This document shows, one piece after another, positions 46,144-57,049 of a DNA stretch of 64,000 nt. How positions within the stretch are numbered: position 1 is the first letter of the stretch; the number at the start of each line of letters is the position of its first letter. Position numbers and translations under genes: made by a program. The notes beneath the pieces were generated by a model. That model ran no database searches and was not told the DNA's origin. It saw only the letters and a program-made list of their open reading frames with translations. Location: positions 30,865 through 94,864 of the IMG/VR virus record IMGVR_UViG_3300020579_000006; one strand, 5' to 3'. The DNA is from a virus.

Positions 46144-47114
46144 ATAAAAATCTTCTTTCTGATAAGCGATTCTATTTCATCTCTTACTTTAATATTTTCT
46201 CGCAGCCAAGTTTTGGCATTCTCTGCTCCCTGGCCTATTCTCTCGCTACCGTAACTAAACCACGCACCACTTTTCTGAATTATTTCTTTTTCTACTCCTA
46301 AACTTAAAACGTCAGCTTCCTTGGAAATCCCCTCACCGTAAATTAAATCTACCTCTGCTTCCTTAAAAGGAGTAGACACTTTATTTTTAACCACTTTAAT
46401 GCGAGTTCTGGCTCCTATTACTTTATCTCCATCTTTGATTTGTTGAATTCTTCTAACGTCCAGTCTTAAACTTGCGTAGAACTTCAGAGCACGACCGCCA
46501 GTGGTGGTTTCGGGACTACCAAAAAGAACGCCTATTTTATCTCTCAACTGGTTAATAAAAATGATACAGGTGTTGGACTTAGCAACTACGGCAGTCAGTT
46601 TACGGAGAGCTTGACTCATCATTCGAGCCATTAAACCCATCTGAGGGTCGCCCATCTCTCCCTCTAGTTCTGCTTTAGGTACCAAGGCCGCGACGGAATC
46701 TATTACTATAATACTCACATCTCCGGAACGAACCAAAGCTTCGGCTATTTCTAAAGCCTGCTCGCCGTTGTCGGGCTGGCTCACAAAGAGATTATCAATA
46801 TCTACCCCTAGTTTTTGAGCATAAGAAGTATCTAAAGCGTGTTCCGCATCAATAAAAGCACACAAGCCGCCTTTTTTCTGAGATTCTGCTACTATATGTA
46901 GAGCTAAAGTAGTCTTGCCTCCAGACTCCGGGCCGTAAACTTCTATAACTCTACCCATAGGTACCCCACCCACGCCTATAGCTACGTCCAAAGCTAAAGA
47001 ACCGGTACTTACGGTTTCGGTATCAAAACTAGTTTTCTCCCCCAACTTAAATATAGCTCCGCTTCCATGCTGCTTTTTAATAGCTGTTACAGTTGCGTCT
47101 ATATTAGCTGCCAC
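46140..47114 (-). CDS. recA: recombinase RecA
   Basis: [42 protein letters not shown]. Confidence 0.97.
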   Translation of the reverse strand: MAANIDATVTAIKKQHGSGAIFKLGEKTSFDTETVSTGSLALDVAIGVGGVPMGRVIEVYGPESGGKTTLALHIVAESQKKGGLCAFIDAEHALDTSYAQKLGVDIDNLFVSQPDNGEQALEIAEALVRSGDVSIIVIDSVAALVPKAELEGEMGDPQMGLMARMMSQALRKLTAVVAKSNTCIIFINQLRDKIGVLFGSPETTTGGRALKFYASLRLDVRRIQQIKDGDKVIGARTRIKVVKNKVSTPFKEAEVDLIYGEGISKEADVLSLGVEKEIIQKSGAWFSYGSERIGQGAENAKTWLRENIKVRDEIESLIRKKIFI

Positions 47115-48747
47115 AACTTTCCCCTTTCGTTATACTACACACATCCGAGTTTTCTATAAATATCTCGCCGGTGTGTTTTATCGCAGTCGAGTATTTCACG
47201 GCAGTCAGTGGTTGGCCGTTTCGACTACCGTCCGGATACACCGTCAATCCTCTTAGATGCGGAAGATAGCCAATTAGCATCTTTCCAAATTTCTGCACCT
47301 GAGAATCGTTGTTAAGTTCAGTACCCCATGCAGGCAAGTTGATAGTGGATGAAATCGAATGGTCTACGTATATTTGCATCCATACGTTGAATAAAACTCG
47401 ACGTTCCACGTCTTCGGCCAGGGTGTAGGCATCTTCAATCGAGTCTGCGTCAACTCCGCTATCGATTAATCTTTTTGCTGTGGGGTCTATTACATATTGG
47501 TAATTCCAAATATTACCCTTTAGATATCTACGCTTGTAAGCTACACAAAACAAAGGCTCTACACCGGTAGACGTTTCTCCTAAAATCCCGATAGTTCCTA
47601 CTGGCGCTATCGCCCTAGTTTTGACCGGCGTACTTAAGTCCCACTTTTTGGCCCAAACTTTAGCAAACTCTCCACTACGTTGATAAATCTCTAAATACTT
47701 AGCTAGGTCGTCGTCAGGTCCGTACTGTTTGCCATGAGTAAGCAACCATTCGTGAAGACCCATCAAGCCGAGTCCTAGTCTCCGGTTTTTTCCTCTGACG
47801 AGGTCAACTTTGGAGAAGGGTACATCCGAGTAAATTGTTCCCGCCAAGAGGAAGGCAGTAGCCAATTCCACGACTTCCGCCATTTCCTGCGTGCTATTGA
47901 TTCTAGCGAGATTAATGGAACCAAGATTGCACACGTCTGAATCATCTTCGGAAGTAATCTCGGTACAAGCGTTACGTAAAGTCTCTCTGGAGTTCTTTCC
48001 AGTATCAATAGAGAATCCGGGCTCTCCAGTCTTAAGCATTTGTCGAACGGTAGTCCAGTAAACGGACTGCGCTTGCGAGTGATGGGTATGTTTTTCGTCA
48101 TGATACGCTTTAAAAAAATCGTCATCTAGTTGTACTGAAATATTAGTGCCGTCCATATTAGCTGGAAAATTAAAATCTTTAGATTTCATTTCCCGGACTT
48201 CTGGTATCCAGTTTTTGAGGGTTATAAATTTATTAATATCTTGATGCAGCCAGTTTAAACCCGCCCAAATAGCCGAGCGCCTACTACCACCCTGCATAAT
48301 TCCACGACCGCACTCATTCACCATCCCCGCCAGGGCCAACGGACCTGTAGCAAATCCTCCGGTTTTTCGTATGGGTTTTCCTTCAGGTCTAATCTGACTA
48401 TAGTCTATTCCAATACCTCCGCCAGTCATTAGAGCTAAAGCAGATTTTTGAAGTAACTCTGCCCACCCCTCCCTGCTATCTTCCGCCCGAAACAAAAAAC
48501 AATTATTGACCTGATGATAAGGGCGACCAGTAGCGTAGAGATAGCGACCCCCAGGAATAAACTTGCGCTGTAAAATAATTCCGCGAATATCCTCAACCAA
48601 ATCATTAGATGCTCCGACTGCTTTCATCACATTCTTACTGACTCGATAAGCTATGTTCTCCCAGGTTTCTAAATTTTCGTCTTTCTTAGTATGACTATAT
48701 TTCTGAAACATTACCGTTTCAGCAAACTTACTCATCTCAACCGTCAT
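47104..48747 (-). CDS. nrdJ: ribonucleotide reductase, probably class II (B12-dependent)
   Basis: [28 protein letters not shown]; no small subunit in the window. Confidence 0.85.
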   Translation of the reverse strand: MTVEMSKFAETVMFQKYSHTKKDENLETWENIAYRVSKNVMKAVGASNDLVEDIRGIILQRKFIPGGRYLYATGRPYHQVNNCFLFRAEDSREGWAELLQKSALALMTGGGIGIDYSQIRPEGKPIRKTGGFATGPLALAGMVNECGRGIMQGGSRRSAIWAGLNWLHQDINKFITLKNWIPEVREMKSKDFNFPANMDGTNISVQLDDDFFKAYHDEKHTHHSQAQSVYWTTVRQMLKTGEPGFSIDTGKNSRETLRNACTEITSEDDSDVCNLGSINLARINSTQEMAEVVELATAFLLAGTIYSDVPFSKVDLVRGKNRRLGLGLMGLHEWLLTHGKQYGPDDDLAKYLEIYQRSGEFAKVWAKKWDLSTPVKTRAIAPVGTIGILGETSTGVEPLFCVAYKRRYLKGNIWNYQYVIDPTAKRLIDSGVDADSIEDAYTLAEDVERRVLFNVWMQIYVDHSISSTINLPAWGTELNNDSQVQKFGKMLIGYLPHLRGLTVYPDGSRNGQPLTAVKYSTAIKHTGEIFIENSDVCSITKGESCGS

Positions 48748-49430
48748 TATCTCGCCTTTTTAAGATTATCTATTTGTCGCGCATTTGGTTCTATGTCTTC
48801 ATAGAGGATTGGTACGAGTTTTTTAAACCGTTCTAACAGCGGGTTCATTACTTCTCGCATATCCGGGTGTGATTCCTTGGTAGTACGCATTAAAAACAGG
48901 TGCCGCCAGTTTCTAAGATTGCCGGTCATAGCGATGGTGCTTGCCAAAGCGTTCGGTAATACAGACCTAGCTTCTTGGGGTCTAGCTCCAAGTTTCAGCA
49001 ACTCGAAGTATTCTTTTTCACAATTTATTAAAGCTTGTTCCCAGTTCCAAAGTCCGTTTTCCGGAAGATTTACCGGTTTAATAAACTCTAGTTCTTCTCC
49101 TTTTTTAGCGTAGTTCACGAAGCGGGTTGACTCCTGTGTAAAGGAAAACAACCTGTGCCTGACTAACTCATGGGTTAGGCCCCGGTCAACCCGAAATAAA
49201 ACCGTAACACTAGAATGTTCTACTACCGACCAATCACCATGCTGTATCACGACCGCCGGAATGAACTTCTTCCACGAATCTGGAGTCATCCAATCCTCTG
49301 ACCGGTGTGAAATACGGGCTTGCGCTTCTATGTGTTGGAGAAGTTTAACCCCATCATCGTACTTAAAATCTTTCCAGGGAGAAACCGGTGGTGGCAGAAT
49401 AACAGTAGCACTAGGTTGGATTATTTTCAT
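48747..49430 (-). CDS. thyX: FAD-dependent thymidylate synthase
   Basis: ELVRHRLFSFTQESTRFVNY, EARSVLP, NLRNWRH. Confidence 0.93.
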   Translation of the reverse strand: MKIIQPSATVILPPPVSPWKDFKYDDGVKLLQHIEAQARISHRSEDWMTPDSWKKFIPAVVIQHGDWSVVEHSSVTVLFRVDRGLTHELVRHRLFSFTQESTRFVNYAKKGEELEFIKPVNLPENGLWNWEQALINCEKEYFELLKLGARPQEARSVLPNALASTIAMTGNLRNWRHLFLMRTTKESHPDMREVMNPLLERFKKLVPILYEDIEPNARQIDNLKKAR

Positions 49431-50738
49431 TTACACGCTTGCCGGTTTATTTGAAGCTTTTTCGATTAAAGCGTCATCATCTGTGTATATCACTATCCCA
49501 ATTAATCCTTGTTCTTTATCCCAAACAAAAGCTTCGGAACTTCGAAGATTACCTACATATCCATTTTCTGAATGCCAAGCATCTGGCGGACAGAGGGCGG
49601 AAAGAATTCTCACTCTAACTCCATGTTTCTCGTCCACCTTTAAAGTATGAATATGACCGGTATGAATTTCATGAAATTTCGTCGCTCCAAATAACTCTCT
49701 AGCTTCGGTAGCCATTAACATCGGCAAATCTTTTAGTTTACCTTTGTCTCCGTGGGCATAGCCAATTAACGTTTGTCCGAACTGATGATATTTACGAGAA
49801 CACGGTCTATTATCCACGGTAACATCTTCGTGTTTTGAGAAGTAAAGTTCTAGCGAATCTCCTAAATGCCATGTAGCATTGTGGTCATGATTTCCCGGTA
49901 CTACTATCACTCTGACTTTTCCTGCTAGAGGACGCAGTTTTTCTATAGCTTGTACCATTAGAGTTCGTACCGTAACGTAAGTTTTCTCATGTCTTACGTC
50001 GCTTTCAACTTGAGTACCGGAGGTGGTTCTGCCTTGAGTATCATCTGCGTTAAATAAATCGTTTCCTACTACAAACCATATTTCTTCATAAGAAGAAAAC
50101 GGGGCACGAGAAAGAATAGTATCTAGTGCCCGGTGAAAAACTTGAGTGGCTATTTTAACGTCGTAATTAGCTTGTCCGGTTTCCAATCCCCACGCTAACT
50201 TTCCAAAATGATGGTCGGTCAGGTTAATTTCCAACATAACTGGTTGAGTTTTAGGTTTTTTGAATGTGTTTTTCGGCGCAGAAATTCCTGTTTTAGATAG
50301 TTCTTTTAAGTCTTGAATTTCTTTTAACGCGAATACAATAGCCTTTTTACGACGAAGAAAAGCTTTAACCTGATATAAAGGCTCAATAATAGGTTCCGCA
50401 TCGAATCGCACCCATGCTGGAATTCGTCTTCCATCTTCGGTTTCCATATATTCCGTGGTAGCAGGGGGTTTCATTCCCACTTCCCACTTATTTACAACAA
50501 AACGTTCGACTTCCCAAACAGTTAAATCGACCTTACAAAACTCTAAAAGTTGCTCCAAAGTATGTATTCGAGTTTTAGGAAGAGTAATTGTCCAAGTATC
50601 TTGTGTAATTTCATTTTTTTCAGTTAAAACCGGTTGTTCAGTTTGCGGATTTTTATTGCACCCGCACGTCTTTTGGTCTGACCGGTATTCCTTAGTTTCC
50701 CCACAACCCGGACACTTACGTTTTACTGGTTTTGCCAT
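49431..50738 (-). CDS. calcineurin-like metallophosphoesterase
   Basis: TDHHFG, GNDLF, PGNHD, AHGD, GHIH motifs. Confidence 0.8.
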   Translation of the reverse strand: MAKPVKRKCPGCGETKEYRSDQKTCGCNKNPQTEQPVLTEKNEITQDTWTITLPKTRIHTLEQLLEFCKVDLTVWEVERFVVNKWEVGMKPPATTEYMETEDGRRIPAWVRFDAEPIIEPLYQVKAFLRRKKAIVFALKEIQDLKELSKTGISAPKNTFKKPKTQPVMLEINLTDHHFGKLAWGLETGQANYDVKIATQVFHRALDTILSRAPFSSYEEIWFVVGNDLFNADDTQGRTTSGTQVESDVRHEKTYVTVRTLMVQAIEKLRPLAGKVRVIVVPGNHDHNATWHLGDSLELYFSKHEDVTVDNRPCSRKYHQFGQTLIGYAHGDKGKLKDLPMLMATEARELFGATKFHEIHTGHIHTLKVDEKHGVRVRILSALCPPDAWHSENGYVGNLRSSEAFVWDKEQGLIGIVIYTDDDALIEKASNKPASV

Positions 50739-51466
50739 TAAAATCTCCCCGTCACTATCGCTTTAGTTACTAACCCTAAACCATAGAAGAATAAGTCCCA
50801 CTTACGGTGTTTTTTCTTTTCTACGTCTACTGCGGTTTTTATATCGAGTTTACAGGCTTTATCTTTATCCACTATTTGCTGGTTCAACCCGGTTACTTGT
50901 TTGGTCAAATCTACGTTTGTATCAGTCAGTTCTACGGTTTGCTTAACCCGGTCTTGTACTATTTCATTCAAACTATTTACATTAAGCTGTAGCGGTTCTA
51001 CCATTTCAAGTTTCTGCGCCACGACCACAGCTTCTGGCCGGTCAAGTAAATAGGTGTTATCAGTTTTTGCCAGAACAGTTCCGCCAGGAGCTAGCGTAAC
51101 AATCCGAGTCGCTAACTGGTCTCCCGATAAACCCGCGTCAACTTTCTGCTGCGTACTGGTTGTGGTGTTTCGTGCTTGTATGGAGTTTTGTAACGCTTGA
51201 ATCTGCGGCAGAATCTGGTCGAGCAACTGCTTGTAGTTAGCGGCGTCTGTGGCGGATTGTGCAGCAAGTTGTTGATTCGAAACGACTTGTTGTTGCAAAA
51301 CCGCATCGGCTTTATCGCTTTTTGCTTTATCCCGGTCTGAGAGGTAGTTTATAACTTTATAATGACCGATTAGTAAAGCCCCGAATACTACTACAAACAA
51401 TAAAAATCTTTCGTGGGCTTTAAACCAAGTAATTTCGGGTTGGATTATTTGTTCAAAAATATTCAT
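50738..51466 (-). CDS. membrane-anchored coiled-coil protein (possible spanin-like)
   Basis: N-terminal TM, Gln-rich coiled coil, hydrophobic C-terminus. Confidence 0.4.
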   Translation of the reverse strand: MNIFEQIIQPEITWFKAHERFLLFVVVFGALLIGHYKVINYLSDRDKAKSDKADAVLQQQVVSNQQLAAQSATDAANYKQLLDQILPQIQALQNSIQARNTTTSTQQKVDAGLSGDQLATRIVTLAPGGTVLAKTDNTYLLDRPEAVVVAQKLEMVEPLQLNVNSLNEIVQDRVKQTVELTDTNVDLTKQVTGLNQQIVDKDKACKLDIKTAVDVEKKKHRKWDLFFYGLGLVTKAIVTGRF

Positions 51467-51648
51467 ACTTTCCTACTTTGCCGGATTCAGGTCGTGGACA
51501 GCGCCTTCTAGTTCTGCGAGTTTTCTTAAAGCTTTATCGCTAAGATTCACATAACCTGCTTTTATTATTAATACAAACTGGTTAGGAGTGATATTTTTAC
51601 CATTGACCCAGTCCAAAAGCGCTGAATCTTCGGGTGCTAGTTCGTCGT

Positions 51649-52089
51649 TCACTTTCCGGACTCCTCAAACTCGTCTAGATAATTAGCCAAATTCCTTAAC
51701 CTGACCGCCGGTTTTAGCGGTGCTTTGCTATCTTCAAGTAAAGCCAGCGCCTTATTGCATCTTAAACACAAAATCCCTCTAATTGACTGTCGTCTAAACA
51801 TTCTTTTTGACTCTTCTATAAAAACCTTCTTATTGTGTACATTAAAAGTTTCTTTTTCACCGCTTAATTTTACAACTATAATATTCCAGATGTTACCAAG
51901 TTTTCGAGACTTAATTTGAATGCGGTCAAAGCGGTGGTCGTGGTCTAGACTAAGCCGGGTCTTACCAGGGGGACGCGCGCATCCTTTGCAGACACCCCCC
52001 TGCCGCGCTAGTAACTCGTTGTATTCGGCCAGAGTAATGCCGAAGTTTTTTTGATAGTACTTATCGGCGGCTTTTTCTTTGTCGGTCAT
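51649..52089 (-). CDS. endonuclease VII-like protein (homing nuclease or resolvase)
   Basis: FGITLAEY...QGGVCKGC...LDHDH...RGILCLRCN. Confidence 0.75.
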   Translation of the reverse strand: MTDKEKAADKYYQKNFGITLAEYNELLARQGGVCKGCARPPGKTRLSLDHDHRFDRIQIKSRKLGNIWNIIVVKLSGEKETFNVHNKKVFIEESKRMFRRQSIRGILCLRCNKALALLEDSKAPLKPAVRLRNLANYLDEFEESGK

Positions 52090-52090
52090 A

Positions 52091-53236
52091 TTAAAAGTCG
52101 GACGAACTTGAACTACTGCTATCTGAAAAATTACTGGTGTCGCAACTCGAACTAGAATCGTAAGAACTCGAAGACGAATAATCACTAGATGAACTAGAAT
52201 CGTAACAAGAGCTAGTATCTAGTGGAGGTGTATCCGGAAGTTGAGATTCGTTGTGGTAGTCTGGTAAGGAATCATTATTACAACTTGCCAATTCGGCCCC
52301 TATGATTCCTCCGGTTACTCCTCCAATCGCGGCCCCGATAAGTTCACTTTCCGGACAACCTCCACTCAGGGCGTCAGCCACTAAAAACCCTGTCAGAGCG
52401 TCGTTGCTATTATCCCTCACAACTACGGTTTCACGAGTAGTTTCATGATACGTATTAATAGGTCTGTTATAGGTTTGAACAGGAATTCCGCTTAATCCCG
52501 AAGTTGTTTGAGCCATTATTCTGGCTGTCTGACTTTTGGAAACCGGTTTCTCAGATTCTTCTTTCTTATTTTTCTTCTTAAATGGCCACATAGCTCTCCT
52601 AATTTACCAACGGTTTGCCACTATTTATTAACTTCTTAATTTCATCTTGTAGAAAATACACGATTGCTTTACCGAGATTTTGACATTGGTCGTCAGTCAA
52701 GGTAGCGATTACGGGTTTTTCGAGCAGAGCTTTCTTAAGAAAATCTAACTCCATTGCAAGTTGAGCTTTCTCAAGTGCGAGTTTTTGATACATCTGAAAT
52801 AACTCGTTATATCTTTGGTGCTCTACTTCGAAGGGGGTTCTGTTATCGGGTTCGAGGCTCAACTTCTGCTCCTTGTTCTAAGAGTGCGGACACCGGAATC
52901 GTCATCTTTCCGTCTGAATAACTCGCGTTACTTCTGTATAAAAGAGGTATCAAATCGCTCGAAGCTTTCAGATGTAACCAAATATAAGCGAGATTATAGC
53001 CATCCAATGCTATGGCTGAACCGTCCGTAAAATGAACATATAGACTATCCGGGATTTTGCTCTCTAGGTCCATCTTTTACCTCCGCAGCTTTCTGTTTTT
53101 GTTTCTGCTTCGCAAGTCTCCAAGCTTTTCTTTCGGTGAATCTTTCTTTATTCATACTCCACACGGACCATTCGAAGTAGCAAACGAAGAAACCCTGCAA
53201 AACTATTAACCAGAGTAAGAAGTTTTCTTGGGTCAT
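52091..53236 (-). CDS. cluster of small hypothetical proteins (52091-52591 with Ser/Asp tail, 52599-52862, 52843-53073, 53045-53236)
   Basis: Tandem or overlapping ORFs with SD-like sites. Confidence 0.55.
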
Positions 53237-53244
53237 AAACCCAC

Positions 53245-53415
53245 CTAATTCTGAATTCCGTAGCGGGCGTCGCGCTTTGCTGGTACTGAAAAAACTTGTT
53301 CCGTACTATATTTACACTTTGGACACTTCGGGTTTTTGTCCGGAAACCGGACGTGAAAAATCTCGAAGCGATGGCCACATTCTAGCCGGTGACAAACGTA
53401 CTCGTAAATTGGAAT
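53245..53415 (-). CDS. FmdB-family zinc-ribbon protein, AUU start (not in ORF track)
   Basis: SD AGGAGG then ATT-CCA-ATT-TAC-GAG-TAC giving MPIYEYVCHRLECGHRFE...CPKC, 56 aa. Confidence 0.8.
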   Translation of the reverse strand: MPIYEYVCHRLECGHRFEIFHVRFPDKNPKCPKCKYSTEQVFSVPAKRDARYGIQN

Positions 53416-53424
53416 GACATCCTC

Positions 53425-53745
53425 CTATTTCTTAGATACAGCCGGTGCCTTGGCTGGTTCGGGTTTTGGCGCTTCTGAAAACCGGAGCGTATTAGGGTCA
53501 AAAACCGTAGTATCCGGCCATTTATTCTCAGTAACTACTTTCTTGCCTTCGTTTTGCAGGTCGGTCAGTGCGCCCTGAAACTTGACTGTAGCTTCCTGCA
53601 TTTCCTTTTGTGCAATTTGGGCGTCTTTCTGCTTAACTTGTAACCGCAAACTTTGGACTTCGGTAGGGGTCAAAGCCGGTGCTACTGACTGCCCGAACAA
53701 ACCCGTCGCAAATAACAATCCAACTGCTAAATATTTAGTCTTCAT
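53425..53745 (-). CDS. secreted-type coiled-coil protein
   Basis: MKTKYLAVGLLFATGLFG|Q signal peptide. Confidence 0.6.
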   Translation of the reverse strand: MKTKYLAVGLLFATGLFGQSVAPALTPTEVQSLRLQVKQKDAQIAQKEMQEATVKFQGALTDLQNEGKKVVTENKWPDTTVFDPNTLRFSEAPKPEPAKAPAVSKK

Positions 53746-53760
53746 TATTCTCCTTTATTT

Positions 53761-54195
53761 TCACTTGAAAAACGTGGTACGTCCTATGACGGCGCATCGA
53801 GGATGCAGGTCGGGTTTATTGGCTATGTTCTCAAAAAACCAGCCTGAAGTTGAATCCGCGAGCACAGCGTAATACAAAGCTCCGTTTGTAGTATCTACAG
53901 GAGGATTTTCTCCGTAGAAATTGTCTAAAAACTGCAAGAACTTATTAAATTCGGGTTCTCTGGAGTCCGGAAAACGGACAGTGTTTGGGTCGCCTTTTAT
54001 GCTCATAGAACTTAGCTGATTCAAAGCAATAGCATTTTCATACATACTACTTTGATGCCAGCCCGCCTTAGCTCGATTATGTAAAACTTGCGCGACGGAA
54101 ATCATCCCGTTCGTCCCTTCACCTCGCATTTCTCGCCAGCAAGCTAGCGCTACAATTGCTTTTTCAAATTCCTGGCCGAGCACGCACCCTCCCAT
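53761..54195 (-). CDS. cell-wall hydrolase, SleB/Hydrolase_2 family (endolysin candidate)
   Basis: WREMRGEG...VAQVLHNR...NQLSS...TNGALYY...IGRTTFF. Confidence 0.8.
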   Translation of the reverse strand: MGGCVLGQEFEKAIVALACWREMRGEGTNGMISVAQVLHNRAKAGWHQSSMYENAIALNQLSSMSIKGDPNTVRFPDSREPEFNKFLQFLDNFYGENPPVDTTNGALYYAVLADSTSGWFFENIANKPDLHPRCAVIGRTTFFK

Positions 54196-54637
54196 CGTAT
54201 ATTTCGTCGATAAAGCCCAACTTTAGCGCAGTCTCTACTCCAAATATTTTCCGGTTTAATGCTATTTCATAAGCTACTTTTTTTATACCCCGGTTTTTAA
54301 ACAACTCGAAAATTACCACGTCGTAGTGGGGTTTAAAATCTTTGTTATCTTTTAACTCAGAAAATTCCACAAGGTGGAACATGAATTGTGTGGTAGGAGT
54401 AGCCCGCCTTATCTTGGCCGCCTGTAAAATTACGGTAGCTGCACTAGCCACTACGCCCGTACCGGTTATTATGCTATTAGGTACCGATTGGATTTTGTCG
54501 TATATCGCAAACCCGTCAGTCAGTGTTCCGCCAAAACTGTTTAAAAAGAAATTACATCTCTTCGGATTTTTGTCTAATCTTCGGCACACGTCCAAAGCCA
54601 TGTCGGGTCCAACGTCGCCAAAAAGGTAAATCGCCAT
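54164..54637 (-). CDS. ClpP-like serine protease
   Basis: IYLFGDV, LNSFGG, AIYD, ASAATVIL, FMFH, ALKLGFIDEI. Confidence 0.75.
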   Translation of the reverse strand: MAIYLFGDVGPDMALDVCRRLDKNPKRCNFFLNSFGGTLTDGFAIYDKIQSVPNSIITGTGVVASAATVILQAAKIRRATPTTQFMFHLVEFSELKDNKDFKPHYDVVIFELFKNRGIKKVAYEIALNRKIFGVETALKLGFIDEIYDGRVRARPGI

Positions 54638-55618
54638 TACTTCTTCTCCTGTGGAACGTAGACGACTCCGCAGACGCAACAAACGTGGACAACGAAATCC
54701 AGCTTGCCTTCATCAAACACGGTTATCAGTGCTGTGCCTCGACTTCCATCAGCATACTCCTGAGTGCGTGGCTTCTGCGCGTGCCCAAGCGAGCAGTACT
54801 CCTCGCCGGGTTTCAGCTCCTCTACTTTGGACATCTTTTCGAGTTCTTCTACTGACTTCCAAACCCATCGTTTGCCGTCCCACATATCGACCCCGCCGCC
54901 TATGCCATTAGTGTCGCGTAGTTCTCCAATGGACGGTTTGTGCTCCTGTCCCATCGCCACTCCCGCGAGTCCTAGCATCCCTGCCAGTCGCAGCATGAAT
55001 CCTTTACGTGTCATTTTAATCATATACCTCTGGTCCGTCGTCTAGTTCGGTACTATCTCCGGTTGCATCGGGTAGCGGAGCGCCCACACCGAGATTATCT
55101 CGCAAGTCCGGAAACTGAATAACTTTACCCCTCTCCGTAGGGTTTGGTAAAGTAGTAGCCAAACTTGGGTCTGCTTGTAATTGTTCCGCAAATTTATCGT
55201 TCACCGCTTGCTTTTCAATTTCAGCTTGTTCCGCCTGTTCTCGCGGAGATTTCAGTGGCTCGAAGGTTTTAAGATGTGTCAGCAGACAGTACTTCGAACA
55301 AAAACCTTTTACTTGGCCGTCAAAAGTAGCGAAAGTAAGTAAGCGCCAAGCTGAGTCCGGCAGCGCGTTCGGGTTTGCTTGTACTTCTTGCTGGACCCAA
55401 ATAATCTTAGTACTACACCCTTCGCGGTCGCATGTAATTTCTACAGTCTCTCGTTTATTAGTACCCACTTAAATCTTCTCCTTAATTAAATACACCGCCC
55501 CGACTACTAGCATTGGTACTCCAAATATTAATTCTGCTAAAGACGCCGTTCTAAATAAAAAATCTAGTAGAAACGCTATGCCACTCGCCGTTACCACGGC
55601 TGCTATGAATGCCTTCAC
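54637..55618 (-). CDS. three hypothetical proteins (54637-55023 with signal-like N-terminus, 55016-55468, 55469-55618 with 2 TM)
   Basis: Tandem ORFs. Confidence 0.55.
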
Positions 55619-56103
55619 TCTATCTCCTTTATATTCAACATCTTGCGTGCTTTTTTAACGCCAGAGTCCTTTTTACGTTTCACCCATAGTACCGGTTTTC
55701 CGAACCACTTGGATATTTTTGGTATACTCTGAGCCGGGTATCCTATACCATAAAAAAGTTCTAGTACTAACCGTTCAGCCATATTGGGGAGTTTTTCGAC
55801 CGCTTCTTTAATATTTTCTATATCTAAGTTCGGGTTTTCCGGTTTCTTAGAGTTCTGGTTTTCAGCAATCCGGAAAACGGACGGTTCGGTTAAACTAATT
55901 TCTCTTTGTTCCTTTCGAGTTTTTCTTAAATAAACTTGTACTAATTCTAAAGCCAATTTTGACGCTCGTTTTTTATTGAGACCCGTAGCCTCAAGCAACC
56001 CGAGATAAACTGACTGACGTATATCTTTCTTAATTTCCTCGTTTAAGTTACCTGCTTTTTTCTGAATAGCTTCCTCTACCTCATTCCAATAATCCAAAAT
56101 CAC
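55615..56103 (-). CDS. sigma-70 region 4-like transcription factor
   Basis: AVEKLPNMAERLVLELFYGIG....SIPKISKWFG HTH pattern. Confidence 0.6.
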   Translation of the reverse strand: MILDYWNEVEEAIQKKAGNLNEEIKKDIRQSVYLGLLEATGLNKKRASKLALELVQVYLRKTRKEQREISLTEPSVFRIAENQNSKKPENPNLDIENIKEAVEKLPNMAERLVLELFYGIGYPAQSIPKISKWFGKPVLWVKRKKDSGVKKARKMLNIKEIE

Positions 56104-56337
56104 CTAAGCCCCTAGCTCATCGCGTCAAAACCGCAGTTATCGCATTTAAACTCGTAATCGTCAAACTCTTCCGCTAACTTAAACCCGCAAATAGGACAGA
56201 CATTTTTTCCATGAGGCCAAGCGGTATATTTCCCCATTATTTTCAGACGTTCTTCCTCTGTTATGACCGGCGGTTCTGTACAGAGAGTGCAGTACTTCGC
56301 TTTAGTCTGACCAGCTAAATATACACCGTGTTCACAT

Positions 56338-56745
56338 TTATCCGTTGGTTTCATTGCTATTCAACTTTAAATATTCAATTAAGTTTTGTAAAATATAAAT
56401 ATTATCTTTTGTATGACCAAGAGCTAAATTACAATTCGTACATAAAACTCCTCTTAACACGCCAAATATTTTATGGTCTGCAACCCATTTGTTGTCTCGT
56501 CCCCCAGGATTTTCTGTTCTACATACTGCACACTTTCCACCTTGTTTTGCGAGCATTTCTTCTTTTTGTTTTAATGTTATTCCTTTAGTGAGACGAAGAC
56601 TTCTATCTTCTGCCCACCGAGGATACTTTCTATATCTTTTTCGTTCGTATCCTCGGACCTTATCCCGATTATTTTTTCTCCACTTACTCATGTATTCTGA
56701 GTGTTTTTTACGTTTATTAATTAAAGTGGAGTTTTCTATTTCCAT
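56338..56745 (-). CDS. endonuclease VII-type HNH endonuclease
   Basis: GITL...QGGKCAVC...ADH...LRGVLCTNCNLALG. Confidence 0.8.
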   Translation of the reverse strand: MEIENSTLINKRKKHSEYMSKWRKNNRDKVRGYERKRYRKYPRWAEDRSLRLTKGITLKQKEEMLAKQGGKCAVCRTENPGGRDNKWVADHKIFGVLRGVLCTNCNLALGHTKDNIYILQNLIEYLKLNSNETNG

Positions 56746-57049
56746 GCTCTATGTCCATATGACAAGTGTAACACACTAAAATCGAATTTTCTAGCGATAC
56801 TTCCCCTCCGTTGCCCCTGTGTATTTTTTCATGCATGTGAGCAGTATTCCAAGTCAGTGCGGTTCCGCAATCGTCGCAGGTATTGTGCGAACGCTCAAAA
56901 ACACGTTGTCTAATCGTACTAACCGCATCTCTGCGAGGAAACTCTCTAATTCGGTCAAGTGGAATGCCAGAGGTAGCCGCCGCATGCCAGTTTTTGAAGA
57001 TTCTACATGGTCCAACACTGTCAAATTCAACCCAACACCTTCCTCTCAC
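56717..57049 (-). CDS. HNH endonuclease-like protein
   Basis: CDDCG...HMHE..HRGNGG...LENS..VCYTCH. Confidence 0.7.
   Translation of the reverse strand: MRGRCWVEFDSVGPCRIFKNWHAAATSGIPLDRIREFPRRDAVSTIRQRVFERSHNTCDDCGTALTWNTAHMHEKIHRGNGGEVSLENSILVCYTCHMDIEHGNRKLHFN

Noticed and set aside
52091-52210. Ser/Asp low-complexity tail as a DNA repeat element
   Set aside because: Ordinary SSSSD-rich protein tail with varied codons
53148-53378. ORF-track 76-aa ORF
   Set aside because: The alternative frame encodes a clear FmdB-type zinc ribbon
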